Shown in pieces: positions 43,918 to 53,629 of a DNA stretch of 61,811 nucleotides; position 1 is the first letter of the stretch; each line of letters opens with the position of its first letter. The DNA is taken from the NCBI GenBank assembly GCA_964383505.1, contig CAYLHB010000002.1, positions 1 to 61,811 of the forward strand. Direction: 5' to 3'. Source of the stretch: an uncultured Candidatus Saccharibacteria bacterium (GTDB lineage: Bacteria > Patescibacteriota > Minisyncoccia > Phycocordibacterales > UBA12088). The translations under genes were made by a program, and so were the position numbers. The notes below the pieces were generated by a model. It saw nothing but the letters and a program-made list of their open reading frames with translations, was not told where the DNA came from and did no database searches.

Positions 43918-44535
43918 CTACTCCGAGGGAGTACGTCGTACATCCTTGCGCAGTACCACCCCATCCGCATCAAGCTCGTAGCAAAGCACTTCTCCTGTTG
44001 CAATCTCAACATCGGCAATTGCCAACTCATCGATATCTTCAAGGTGCTTCACAAGTGCACGTATAGTGTTACCGTGCGCCACAATGAGCACGTTCTCGCC
44101 CCGCACGACGCGCGGGAGCACCTCGCGCTCGTAGTGGGGAACGACCCGCGCGTGCACATCCTTGAGTGTCTCGCCTTGGGGAATCGGTTCATTCCACGCA
44201 CGACGCAAGCGCTGGAACGCCTCGTCGCCGATTTCCTCTTTCACCTGCCACTTATTCTTGCCGGTGTGAATACCGTAGTGTCGCTCGTTAAGTGCGGCGT
44301 GGGGGACATGCTCCACTTCGGTACCGTGCGCCGCAAGCAGCACCTGTGCGGTCTCGTGGGTCCTTCGAAGGAGTGAGACCTGTACGTGGTGTATTGGAAC
44401 ATCTCTCAGTATTTCTCCTGCACGCTGCGCCTCTTCATGCCCCTCAGGAGCGAGCGAGACATCGGTATGCCCTGTCCATAAGCCGAGTTTATTCCACGCC
44501 GAATGCCCGTGACGAACTAGAATGAGGTACGCCAT
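43918..44535 (-). CDS. gpmA: Histidine-phosphatase family phosphoglycerate mutase (dPGM-like)
   Basis: LILVRHGHSAWN catalytic motif and a C-terminal H in IVAHGNTIRAL. Confidence 0.75.
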   Translation of the reverse strand: MAYLILVRHGHSAWNKLGLWTGHTDVSLAPEGHEEAQRAGEILRDVPIHHVQVSLLRRTHETAQVLLAAHGTEVEHVPHAALNERHYGIHTGKNKWQVKEEIGDEAFQRLRRAWNEPIPQGETLKDVHARVVPHYEREVLPRVVRGENVLIVAHGNTIRALVKHLEDIDELAIADVEIATGEVLCYELDADGVVLRKDVRRTPSE

Positions 44536-44676
44536 GCACAGCTATGCTACCGGAAGTAGCACACAAGTTCAAACAAAAACAAGTGGAGCATGAAGCGCGC
44601 GGTTTGCCCATTCCCCCTTACGCCGCGCTTCGCGCGGCGCGCATTTCTGACGCTGGGGATTCTCTGACTTTGAAAC

Positions 44677-44752
44677 TGGAGCCGAGACGGAGGATCGAAC
44701 TCCGGACCTCATCCTTACCATGGATGTGCTCTACCAACTGAGCTATCTCGGC
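44677..44752 (-). tRNA. tRNA-Thr (anticodon GGU), CCA encoded
   Basis: Minus strand reads GCCGAGATAGCTCAGTTGGTAGAGCACATCCATGGTAAGGATGAGGTCCGGAGTTCGATCCTCCGTCTCGGCTCCA. Confidence 0.9.
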
Positions 44753-44778
44753 ATGTTCAAAGAATACAGCGTATTCTT

Positions 44779-44854
44779 TGGAGCCGCCTCCGAGGATCGA
44801 ACTCGGGACCTTTGCGTTACGAATGCAATGCTCTACCAACTGAGCTAAGGCGGC
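44779..44854 (-). tRNA. tRNA-Thr (anticodon CGU), CCA encoded
   Basis: Minus strand reads GCCGCCTTAGCTCAGTTGGTAGAGCATTGCATTCGTAATGCAAAGGTCCCGAGTTCGATCCTCGGAGGCGGCTCCA. Confidence 0.9.
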
Positions 44855-44917
44855 ACGTCCATACTCACCAAAAGCATGAACGACTGGGTGCTATCCTAAT
44901 ACATTTACGACCGTTAC

Positions 44918-46023
44918 TCAATTTTCTATACGAGATGAGTACATCGGTAACACTTTGGCGGTTTCTTGATAATACGTCCACGGGGCCTCATAGTCGAGGC
45001 TCTGGTGTGGTCGGACGAAGTTGTACTCGATGAGCCACTCGGTCAGATTGTGGTTGAACCGGGTCACGTCATCGGTCATATTGCCGTCGGCAATAAACTC
45101 TCCATGGATGGTGCGGTTGAATCGTTCGTTAACTGGGTTGTCTTTGGGAGTGACCTCACGAGACCAGTAGTCACCGAGGCCCAGAGCCACAATGGCTTCT
45201 TGATACTCTTTCTCAAACTCACTGCCGTTGTCGTGGCAGGTGTTCCGAGATCATAGTCCAAGAGGTACACCATCCGTTCGATGAAGTCCTTGGCGTTCCG
45301 AGAGTGCTTGGTGGTGTACATACGAGCGAACGCTATTTTTGACACAGTATCGATGGCGGTGAGTACGTACCGCTGTTTGCCGTTCCAGTAGAGGACGATG
45401 GTGTCGAGTGCTATGAGGAACTCCGGGAACGGTTGTTTCTTAAGGTCTTTGGTACGTTTCTTTGTTTTCCGTCGTGTACGTTTTGCCTGTATCTTCTTGT
45501 TTCGTGCCGGATTCGGGTACAGGTTGTACTTCTTGATGGTGTACTGAACCTTCCATGAGGACACGGTCGTGTCGTACACGGTCTCGTATACCTTTGCGAG
45601 CTTCACCTTGCCCCAGCGCATGTGTGCACGACGGAGAGCAACGGTACACTCTTCTTCTTGTAATGTTATCTCCCTTTCTCGTACGTGCTTGGGTGCTCGG
45701 CTCGTTTCCTCCAGGGTAGTGAGGTGTGTCTCGTCGAACCGTCCTAGCCAGTGATAGAGGGTCTTGCGCACGATGCCGAAGTGGCGAGCAGTGAGAGATG
45801 TATTGCGCTCTCCCCCGGTCTCGTACCAGATGATCCACTCAAGGCGGTTCCGAGCTCCTTTTGAAAGCTTCTGTGCTACCGCCTGCTTGCGCAGGCGCGC
45901 ATGACGTGAGAGGAGCGTCACTGTGGGTACGAGGTAGTAGCCCACCCTTCTGACGTGTGGTGAAAGGGACATGGTTGTGGTAACGGGGTTGGTAATCATT
46001 ACCGCCAAACTACAGGAAAACAC
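44918..46023 (-). pseudogene. Frameshifted DDE (rve) transposase
   Basis: The N-terminal HTH and first catalytic D lie in ORF 45076..46023. The remainder (DNPVNERFNRTIHGEF...RPHQSL) is in another frame (44918..45190). The reading frame breaks near 45240 inside the catalytic domain. Confidence 0.75.
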
Positions 46024-46065
46024 CCTAAAACTCAGGTTTTAGGGTGTTACCGATGTATCTCATCT
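44932..46065 (-). mobile_element. Decayed IS (rve/DDE integrase type, IS481/IS3-like) with terminal inverted repeats
   Basis: GAGATGAGTACATCGGTAACAC (44932-44953) matches the reverse complement of 46044-46065 (AGATGAGATACATCGGTAACAC). Confidence 0.7.
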
Positions 46066-46152
46066 TCTGCAGGTTATTTCTCAGTGTAACCACTCACTGA
46101 AAATTGTGCCGAATGTTCACGTATCTTTCAAAATGTAGTATGCTCGAGCAGT

Positions 46153-47454
46153 ATGCGCAGAAACATTGTTCATCCAGGCGCTGATGAACTCAGCTACGAA
46201 ATTCGAGAAATAGTCGCGGTGGGTGAGCAACTCAATCGCATGGGGGTTACCCTCTACTGGGAGAATATCGGCGACCCGGTTGCGAAGGGTCGCAAGGTAC
46301 CCCAGTGGATAAAAGACATTGTTTCCGACCTCATAGCTCATGATGACAGCTCGTGGGGTTACTCTCCAACTAAGGGTGTTAAGTCCACGCGGGAGTATTT
46401 GGCCCTGCAAAGAAATAATGAAGGCGGGGCACAGATTACCGCTGAAGATATCCTATTTTTTAATGGTTTAGGAGACGCAATACAAACTTCTTTCTTTTAC
46501 CTCCACCCTTCCGCCCGCGTGCTTGGGCCTAATCCCGCCTACCCTACCCATTCAAGCGCTGAAGCCGCCCACGCTAAAAGCGACCACCTGACCTATGATC
46601 TGGTGCCTGAGCGGGGCTGGCTTCCCGACCTTGACGATATGCGCAACAAAGTGAAGTATAACCCGAACATCGCGGGTATTCTCATCATCAATCCTGATAA
46701 TCCAACTGGCACGGTGTATCCACGCGACGTACTTGAGGGTATTGTTGCTATTGCACGGGAGTTTGGTCTTTTTGTAATGAGTGATGAGATATATGCAAAT
46801 ATCACTTTCGATGAAAACCCAATGGTTCCCCTCTCGCAAGTACTTAATGGTGTGCCAGGTTTTTCAATGAAGGGGCTTTCCAAGGAAGTGCCTTGGCCTG
46901 GAAGTCGGTGTGGCTGGATAGAGTTCTACAATAAAGAGGCCGACCAAAATTTTGCTCGATATGTTAAAGCCTTGAACGATGCAAAACAGCTTGAAGTATG
47001 TTCCACCACTCTTCCCCAGAAAGCGCTTCCCCTAATTTTTTCCGACCACAGATACCCAGCCCATCTAGCTGCCGTGTCCGCTGAGTATGGAGCGAAGGCA
47101 AATATCTTTTATGAAGTTTTTTCAAAAGTTGATGGGATGCAGGTAATCAAACCTAAAGGGGCATTCTACGCCTCACCACTTTTCAGTTCTGGTGTACTTA
47201 GAAACGATCAAACGCTTACTATCGCAGACCCACATGTAAAATCGTACATTGAACAGATGGTGCAGGGTGTACCAAATGACAAACGCTTTGTGTACTACCT
47301 CATGGCTTCCACCGGAATCTGTGTCGTTCCGCTCTCAGGGATGAACAGCAACCTTGAGGGTTTTAGGATGACACTACTCGAACAAAGTGAGCAAGTATTT
47401 CGCGATATGTGCACCATGCTTGCAAAAGCAGTAGCCGATTATATCGCAAGTTGA
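46153..47454 (+). CDS. Class I/II PLP-dependent aminotransferase (AlaA-like)
   Basis: 433 aa. INPDNPTGTVY, and SKEVPWPGSRCGW containing the Lys/Arg of the PLP site. Confidence 0.8.
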   Translation: MRRNIVHPGADELSYEIREIVAVGEQLNRMGVTLYWENIGDPVAKGRKVPQWIKDIVSDLIAHDDSSWGYSPTKGVKSTREYLALQRNNEGGAQITAEDILFFNGLGDAIQTSFFYLHPSARVLGPNPAYPTHSSAEAAHAKSDHLTYDLVPERGWLPDLDDMRNKVKYNPNIAGILIINPDNPTGTVYPRDVLEGIVAIAREFGLFVMSDEIYANITFDENPMVPLSQVLNGVPGFSMKGLSKEVPWPGSRCGWIEFYNKEADQNFARYVKALNDAKQLEVCSTTLPQKALPLIFSDHRYPAHLAAVSAEYGAKANIFYEVFSKVDGMQVIKPKGAFYASPLFSSGVLRNDQTLTIADPHVKSYIEQMVQGVPNDKRFVYYLMASTGICVVPLSGMNSNLEGFRMTLLEQSEQVFRDMCTMLAKAVADYIAS

Positions 47455-47580
47455 TAAGCTAAGTAATGCGCACGCGACGACCTAAAAAGGGGAGCCAGTA
47501 TAGTTGGAAAAACCCGAGAAATCCTTTTGTGCTCATTAACTCCACATGTAGCATCTTGCTATAATTAGGGGGACATCCTT

Positions 47581-47835
47581 TCAGGTACATACTCTTATTT
47601 TTAAGTGCCAATAGCCACGGTATATATCACTGAGTGCTGTTCTGGCCACTTCTTCATTTTCAGCTTTCATGTTCCGACCGAGAATTTTGCCCTCGGTCAA
47701 CGTTTTTTGTTTACTTCTACGCAACCCTTCTCGCAAACGGTCCTTCGCAGTCTCGACAGCTGAATCATAAATACCTTGTTGATTTTCAAACACTGACCAT
47801 TTAATAGCCTCGGAGGCTTTACCACTTTTTTCCAC
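47581..47835 (-). CDS. Hypothetical small protein
   Basis: 84-aa ORF in an AT-rich spacer. I recognise no family and no clear RBS. Confidence 0.25.
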   Translation of the reverse strand: MEKSGKASEAIKWSVFENQQGIYDSAVETAKDRLREGLRRSKQKTLTEGKILGRNMKAENEEVARTALSDIYRGYWHLKIRVCT

Positions 47836-47940
47836 ACTTTTCCATATTTAAGTGGGATACTGAAGGTTCTGCTCCTTCCCCTATTTCGGTCCAAGGCAAC
47901 ATTTAGATACTCGATAAGTGTGCGCAATGGACCCCGCCTT

Positions 47941-48546
47941 CTACTCGACAGTAACTGTCCGACTACCTCCTCCATACCCAGGATATTCAAGCACAAATGT
48001 GTAGGCACCCTTCGGGAGCGGGTAGTCGGTGGCACGGTGGCGTACCTCAAACATGCGAGTTTGATTCCCATTAAGGAAGTATGTTACTCGTTCGTCTGTG
48101 GTGCATTTTTCCTTGGTTCCGCTGTCGTACACGACTGCTCCGTCAGCGGCAAGAATGCGGTACACCACTTGGCACCCGCGCACCGCTTCAAGCTCGATGG
48201 TTGAGGTGCTCGTGTTTTCAACGAGAAGGAGGAGCCCCTCGATGTCTTTTCCCTCCTCGTAGTTGCCGTTTGCGTGTTCTATAAGCTGGGAAACCGTTAC
48301 CGCTGTTTTATCTGCATTGAGTGCGGGCGTTTGCGTCGGGATCGCGTCCTTCGCATCCTCAATGCGCTCAATCATACGCACTAGACTTCGCGCTTTTTCA
48401 TGGAGCGGAGAGGGAATAATACCCCTACTCATAAGCTCCTCCGCAAACCCGCTTAGTGTGTAGAGGCGGAACGTTTGGGCATACACCACACCCGATGTTG
48501 CAATGAGCACACCCACCGTGAGTGCAACAAATGGTACTTTTTTCAT
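47941..48546 (-). CDS. Secreted hypothetical protein
   Basis: ATG at 48546 (MKKVPFVALTVGVLIATSGVVYAQ signal peptide). The upstream part of the 289-aa ORF is Arg/Cys-rich and implausible. Confidence 0.6.
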   Translation of the reverse strand: MKKVPFVALTVGVLIATSGVVYAQTFRLYTLSGFAEELMSRGIIPSPLHEKARSLVRMIERIEDAKDAIPTQTPALNADKTAVTVSQLIEHANGNYEEGKDIEGLLLLVENTSTSTIELEAVRGCQVVYRILAADGAVVYDSGTKEKCTTDERVTYFLNGNQTRMFEVRHRATDYPLPKGAYTFVLEYPGYGGGSRTVTVE

Positions 48547-48654
48547 GACCCCAGTATCGCGCAAGAACTCCGGTCTCGCAACCCCGACCCTATGCGAGTA
48601 TAGTATGCTCGTGGCACAAGCTATTTTGACAAAGCGATAGCACAGGGTAGTATA

Positions 48655-48845
48655 GCGCTTACGGAGATTGCGTCGTCTACCACACGACGGCTCGCGCAAG
48701 CGGGCGCCGAAACGCCTAATCCGTACACACAACTTGTAAGTGTCGAAGCACGAGCCTGCTTCGAAAGCCCGGTGGAACCGCGGTCCGTATGATCGTCCGA
48801 GCAAGCACACGAGGAATCGTGTAGTTGCTCGGGCGTTTAATTTAT
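48655..48845 (+). promoter_or_regulatory. T-box leader (Thr specifier) controlling thrS
   Basis: Conserved T-box sequence CCCGGTGGAACCGCGG at ~48768-48783. Stem I carries an exposed ACC-A (CGTCGTCTACCACACGACGG). Terminator hairpin CCGAGCAA...TTGCTCGGGCGTTTAATTT lies just before the thrS ATG. A TTGACA -35 sits at 48626. Confidence 0.7.
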
Positions 48846-48863
48846 CAGTATCCTCACTCTCCT

Positions 48864-50633
48864 ATGTCACTTGAAGAACGAAGGCACACACTTGCGCACC
48901 TGCTCGCTGCGGCGGTGCTCACCCACTACCCCCACGCGAAGCCTACACTCGGTCCCGCAATAGAAAACGGCTTTTACTACGATTTCGACTTTTCAGGGGG
49001 CGAAAAGCCGAGCGACGCGGACCTCCCAAAGCTCGAGAGCACCATGCGCTCACTCCTCTCATCATGGGAGGTCATCGCGGGCGAGACAGTGACAGAAGCG
49101 GTCGCGCGTGAGTGCTTCAAGGGTAATGCATACAAACTCGAGCTTATTGACGAAATAGTCGCGAGGAATGAGCCGCTCACCCTCTACTCATCATGCACGA
49201 CACTGCCCCGCTCCGCATCCTCCGCGAGCTTCACCGACCTCTGTCGCGGTGGCCACTGTGAGCACCCCAAGCATGACATCCCTGCCGATTCGTTTGCGCT
49301 CGACCGCATCGCGGGTGCGTACTGGCGCGGTGACGAGAAGAACACCATGCTCACGCGCATCTATGGCCTCGCGTTTGAAACACGGGACGCGCTTACGGCC
49401 TACCGCACCCAACTTGAAGAGGCGAAGAAGCGCGACCACCGCAAACTTGGGCGCGAGCTCGACCTCTTCACGTTTTCGGAGCTTGTAGGTGCCGGTCTTC
49501 CACTCTGGACCCCGAAGGGAACTATCGTGCGCCACGAGCTCGACCGCTTCGTGTGGGACCTGCGCGCAAAGTACGGGTACTCACGGGTCACCATTCCCCA
49601 CATCACCAAGAAGGACCTCTACGAGACATCGGGTCACTGGGAGAAGTTTGCCGACGAGCTCTTTCGCATCACGACGCGCGAGGGGAAAGAGTACGCGCTC
49701 AAGCCCATGAACTGCCCCCACCACACGCAGATTTTTGCGCGCATGCCACACAGCTACCGCGACATGCCCCAGCGCTACGCAGAGACCACGATGGTGTACC
49801 GCGACGAGCAATCGGGCGAGCTCGGCGGCCTCACGCGGGTGCTCTCCATCACACAGGATGATTCGCACGTCTTCGCGCGTCACAGTCAAATAAAGCAGGA
49901 GTTTTTTGCCATTTGGGACATCGTGGACACCCTCTACACCACGTTCAATTTCACCCTCAAGGTACGCCTCTCCTTCCATGACCCGAATGAAATGGAGAAG
50001 TACCTCGGCACGAAAGAGGTCTGGGAGAGCGCGGAAAACGCCCTGCGTGAGATCGCAAAGGAACGAAACGCCGACTACGTGGAAGCCCAAGGAGAAGCCG
50101 CGATGTACGGCCCCAAGCTCGACTTCATGGCGACCGACTCGCTCGGCAGGTCGCACCAGGTGGCGACCATTCAGTTGGACATGAACCTGCCGGAACGATT
50201 TGATCTCTCGTGTATAAACGAAAATGGCAAGAAAGAGCGCATCGTAATGATTCACTCGGCAATCATGGGCTCAATTGAGCGGTTCTCGGCGGTCCTGTTG
50301 GAGCACCTCGGCGGCGCATTCCCCCTTTGGCTCTCGCCCGTGCAGGTGCGTGTACTCCCCATCGGCGAGGCACACCGCGCGTTTGGGAGCGAGGTCTACG
50401 AGGCACTCCGCGCGGTGGGAGTGCGCGCAGAGCTCGACACGGCGGATGAATCCTTGGGAAAACGTATCCGCGCCGCAAAGCTCGAGAAGCTCCCGTACGT
50501 GATCGTCATTGGGGACAAAGAGGTCGCGGCTCGCGCTATCACCCTTGAAAAGCGTGATGGTACACAAAAAGATGTGCTTTCTGTGGACATGCTTACTGAG
50601 CGAATATTGAGCGAGATATTTACGAAGTCGTAG
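48864..50633 (+). CDS. thrS: Threonine--tRNA ligase lacking the N-terminal TGS domain
   Basis: The ATG at 48864 lies after the T-box terminator. HTLAHLLAAAV editing-domain motif, class II core (MNCPHH, TRVLSITQDDSHVF), and a C-terminal anticodon-binding domain. Confidence 0.9.
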   Translation: MSLEERRHTLAHLLAAAVLTHYPHAKPTLGPAIENGFYYDFDFSGGEKPSDADLPKLESTMRSLLSSWEVIAGETVTEAVARECFKGNAYKLELIDEIVARNEPLTLYSSCTTLPRSASSASFTDLCRGGHCEHPKHDIPADSFALDRIAGAYWRGDEKNTMLTRIYGLAFETRDALTAYRTQLEEAKKRDHRKLGRELDLFTFSELVGAGLPLWTPKGTIVRHELDRFVWDLRAKYGYSRVTIPHITKKDLYETSGHWEKFADELFRITTREGKEYALKPMNCPHHTQIFARMPHSYRDMPQRYAETTMVYRDEQSGELGGLTRVLSITQDDSHVFARHSQIKQEFFAIWDIVDTLYTTFNFTLKVRLSFHDPNEMEKYLGTKEVWESAENALREIAKERNADYVEAQGEAAMYGPKLDFMATDSLGRSHQVATIQLDMNLPERFDLSCINENGKKERIVMIHSAIMGSIERFSAVLLEHLGGAFPLWLSPVQVRVLPIGEAHRAFGSEVYEALRAVGVRAELDTADESLGKRIRAAKLEKLPYVIVIGDKEVAARAITLEKRDGTQKDVLSVDMLTERILSEIFTKS

Positions 50634-50673
50634 TCGCAACTACAGTACCGTTATCAGTAATCATTTAACGTTG

Positions 50674-50744
50674 CGGGCCCACCAGGACTCGAACCTGGGA
50701 CGTCGGTTTTGGAGACCGAAATTTTACCACTAAACTATAGGCCC
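50674..50744 (-). tRNA. tRNA-Trp (anticodon CCA)
   Basis: Minus strand reads GGGCCTATAGTTTAGTGGTAAAATTTCGGTCTCCAAAACCGACGTCCCAGGTTCGAGTCCTGGTGGGCCCG; anticodon loop CTCCAAA. Confidence 0.85.
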
Positions 50745-50790
50745 CTGTGCCGTGAGTATAGCACGTCTCACAGGCAGAAGTCCCTGCACA

Positions 50791-50946
50791 TTATTTCTTT
50801 ACCTCCTTGTACTTCACCACTTTACGAACCGTAGGGTCGTACTTGTTGAGCTCCAGTTTCTTTTCAACACGTTTTTTGTTTCGCACATCAAACCGGACGT
50901 GCTTCGATTCTGTGCTCCTAAGTTTTACAATATGATCTTGTGACAT
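50791..50946 (-). CDS. rpmG: 50S ribosomal protein L33
   Basis: MSQDHIVKLRSTESKHVRFDVRNKKRVEKKLELNKYDPTVRKVVKYKEVKK fits the L33 pattern. ATG at 50946. Confidence 0.85.
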   Translation of the reverse strand: MSQDHIVKLRSTESKHVRFDVRNKKRVEKKLELNKYDPTVRKVVKYKEVKK

Positions 50947-50978
50947 ACCAACACTATAACACATTGTAAAAGATAATG

Positions 50979-52088
50979 CTAGAACTTGGGAATTGAGTAG
51001 TAAGAAATGTGTGGACCAGTTACACATTTCCCATTATTAGAGCCATTACAACTCGGCAGGTAGCAAAGTGTTGCGGTGGGTATACTACCGGTACAACTCC
51101 CGGGTGGTGCAACTGTAAGACCCACAATTTCATACTGCTCCTTTAATTCATTGTACTCCATTATGTTGTTAGTCTCATACACCGCTTGGCCACCTGCCGC
51201 ACGCGCCGCAATAGAAACCATATACTTATCTTGTCCGTTCCAAGTCATATCGATACAGGTGCCGCTAGCATGACAGGAGTCCCCATGCACTCTCGATGGT
51301 GGGTATCCTTCAGTTACAACTATCGAACCACTATTACCCTCAGACAGATCATATAAATATTGCGATGTTGTCATAAGTTGAGAATCTACTCCACTTGGAA
51401 CAATTTGATTAGAATTCTTCAGTGTGATTGGAGTTGCTCCTGTGCCTGTAGGTTGCCCCTGCACACCAACAACTGTGCCGGTCGTACTGTCCAGCACAAC
51501 AGTTGCCCCGAGTTGATTTTGGATGGTAACAAGTTGCAGTGGTGGCGCAGTCGGAAGTGGGTCTCGTTTTTTTACACACACGACACCGGAACTATTGCCT
51601 GCAGAGCAAAGCAGTTCATTCCAAGGTCCCCACTGACTATCGTTGTACACCGCTTTCATGACTGTATCTATAAGCAACCATGAAGCAAGAGTAATAATAA
51701 GCCCAATCAGAGTGTTAAAAAAGATTCTATGCGCTTTCGAAACTGCTGCAGGTGCTCCACCTGCCGTCACATACAGCACCCCTGCGTTTACAAGCAGGAG
51801 TGCCGCAATAGCCATGCCAACCGTGAAGACAAAGTCGATAACTCGTTTTGCTGTTGCAACCATGTCGCAAACCGTACATCCTCCGACTGTACAAACTTCA
51901 TCAGGATCATGTCCACCCCCAACTGATGGGTCTGTACCAGGAACGGTGCGTACATCATTACCACACGTCACTATCGGTCCGATGAAACTAAAACCGCTCG
52001 CTTGTACATACGGTACCACGCAGGTATAGAGTACCAGTGAACACACACACAGTTTAACGAAAACGTTTACCTTCACCATTTTTATCAT
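50979..52088 (-). CDS. TrbC/VirB2-like pilin-domain protein fused to a LAS/M15-like peptidase domain
   Basis: Signal peptide, Cys-rich segment, two TM helices (VGMAIAALLLVNAGVLYVTAGG...LIGLIITLASWLLIDTVMKAV). The C-terminal SCHASGTCIDM resembles the VanY/M15 SxHxxGxAxD motif. Confidence 0.6.
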   Translation of the reverse strand: MIKMVKVNVFVKLCVCSLVLYTCVVPYVQASGFSFIGPIVTCGNDVRTVPGTDPSVGGGHDPDEVCTVGGCTVCDMVATAKRVIDFVFTVGMAIAALLLVNAGVLYVTAGGAPAAVSKAHRIFFNTLIGLIITLASWLLIDTVMKAVYNDSQWGPWNELLCSAGNSSGVVCVKKRDPLPTAPPLQLVTIQNQLGATVVLDSTTGTVVGVQGQPTGTGATPITLKNSNQIVPSGVDSQLMTTSQYLYDLSEGNSGSIVVTEGYPPSRVHGDSCHASGTCIDMTWNGQDKYMVSIAARAAGGQAVYETNNIMEYNELKEQYEIVGLTVAPPGSCTGSIPTATLCYLPSCNGSNNGKCVTGPHISYYSIPKF

Positions 52089-52159
52089 ACTAGTTTATGT
52101 GTTTATGTCGCATGACAGTACAATTGAGCAACACCGCACGTCTACGAAATTAGAGAACA

Positions 52160-53299
52160 CTAATTAGTTTGCGCAATGATTGATGCGTGTGTCGATTCGA
52201 GATTGCTGATGTACCCACGTGTTTCTGAAAGCCCGCCAAGGTTTTTGTCGCAATCTATTTTGACCATACCGGGACAATCTTTACTTGGTCCCAAACCACC
52301 ATCTATACCAGCGTTGTAGTATGTCGCGACATACCTACGTTCAAGCACAGGATCACCTTTTGAGAGGGACTGTACTATGGGGTTGTTTAGTGCATCCTTA
52401 AGATACATAACCCCAAGCGTTATATTGTTTGCAGGATTCTTCAAATAAGCTTCCAAATCCGCCTGTGACATACCACTGCACGGCTGGCCACACAAAGAGC
52501 GTGCAGTAGTAGGCATTATCTGCATCACACCTATTGCACCCACAGGCGACACGGCAGACGCTTTTCCACGCGATTCTATAGCCGCAATCGCAAGTGCAGT
52601 TACGGGGTCAACGCCCAGACGAATGGCTTCAAGCTGAATATATTCATAGCACGTCTGTCCTGTAGGAAGTGTGCAGTTTTTTGACAAACCACTAGTACTT
52701 ACACTAATACCATTGCTTTTAAGAATATAACCTTCTGAAGTGATGTTATACTCCGTTGGTGAATAGCCTACACCTAGCGCGTGGGGGATATATGCAGGCG
52801 GTGCAAGATCAAGCGGTTTACGTGGAACTACACACTGCTTGCCAACTAAGTCGGTGGGACAGAGGATTTCGTTCCAGGGTCCGAACGTGCCATTGTACAC
52901 AGCCTTCATGATGGTATCGATAAGGAGCCACGCCGCGAGCATGATAATGAAACCGATTACTCCGGACTTCACCATGTTTTTTGCGCGCGAAACTTGGCCG
53001 GAATTGCTTCCCGATGTTACAAGCAAGAAGCCGGCATTCACCAAGAGGAACACAAACACCACGATTGCCGCAAACACTAAAAAGTTGATGATGTTTTGTC
53101 CAAGCTGTACGAGGTGACAGGGAGTGCACACATCTACATTACAAATTACTCCCGTGCTCGAGTCTATTTCAGTGCGCGTGGTATTACCACATGGCACAAT
53201 CTCCTTAGGTAAGAAATCCGCAAAGCCCGCATGAACGAGGAATGGCACGTGCAGAATACACACCAGAAGAGCTAACAAGGCACCGTATCTTCTCAACAT
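52160..53299 (-). CDS. TrbC/VirB2-like pilin-domain protein fused to an SLT lytic transglycosylase domain
   Basis: Its N-terminal domain is paralogous to that of 50979..52088 (LLVNAGFLLVTSG...MLAAWLLIDTIMKAVYNGTFGPWNEILC). The C-terminus AIAAIESRG...GAIGVMQIMP is an SLT catalytic region. Confidence 0.7.
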   Translation of the reverse strand: MLRRYGALLALLVCILHVPFLVHAGFADFLPKEIVPCGNTTRTEIDSSTGVICNVDVCTPCHLVQLGQNIINFLVFAAIVVFVFLLVNAGFLLVTSGSNSGQVSRAKNMVKSGVIGFIIMLAAWLLIDTIMKAVYNGTFGPWNEILCPTDLVGKQCVVPRKPLDLAPPAYIPHALGVGYSPTEYNITSEGYILKSNGISVSTSGLSKNCTLPTGQTCYEYIQLEAIRLGVDPVTALAIAAIESRGKASAVSPVGAIGVMQIMPTTARSLCGQPCSGMSQADLEAYLKNPANNITLGVMYLKDALNNPIVQSLSKGDPVLERRYVATYYNAGIDGGLGPSKDCPGMVKIDCDKNLGGLSETRGYISNLESTHASIIAQTN

Positions 53300-53363
53300 G
53301 TACGATTAGTATACGACAGAGCCGTTTACAGTCATACATGTGGGTGTTAGTATCTTGTACTAC

Positions 53364-53449
53364 GCGTCGGTGGCAGAGTGGTCAATTGCACTTGGCTGTA
53401 AACCAAGCGCCTTCGGGCTACGGGGGTTCGAATCCCTCCCGGCGCACCA
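53364..53449 (+). tRNA. tRNA-Tyr (anticodon GUA), long variable arm, CCA encoded
   Basis: GCGTCGGTGGCAGAGTGGTCAATTGCACTTGGCTGTAAACCAAGCGCCTTCGGGCTACGGGGGTTCGAATCCCTCCCGGCGCACCA. Confidence 0.9.
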
Positions 53450-53497
53450 AAACAAAAAAGCTGGCACGAAGTGCTTGGTGACTTTTGTTTTCAGTCT

Positions 53498-53629
53498 GGG
53501 AGGGGGATTCGAAAGCCGGAAGCCGCGAAGCCTCGTGAAGCACGAGGCCGAGGCAGGGTCGAGAGTGCTTGGTAGTTGAGGAGTAGAGCGACGAACACTA
53601 CCTAGCAACTCGTGACCGAATCCCTCCCC
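53498..53629. other. Structured intergenic element (possible ncRNA or compound terminator)
   Basis: Distal complementarity GGGGGATTCG (53502-53511) / CGAATCCC (53617-53624) encloses the hairpins CCTCGTG-AAG-CACGAGG and GGTAGT...ACTACC. It lies between the convergent tRNA-Tyr and the membrane-protein gene. Confidence 0.3.

Noticed and set aside
44618-44839. 73-aa minus-strand ORF
   Set aside because: It lies entirely across the two tRNA-Thr genes.
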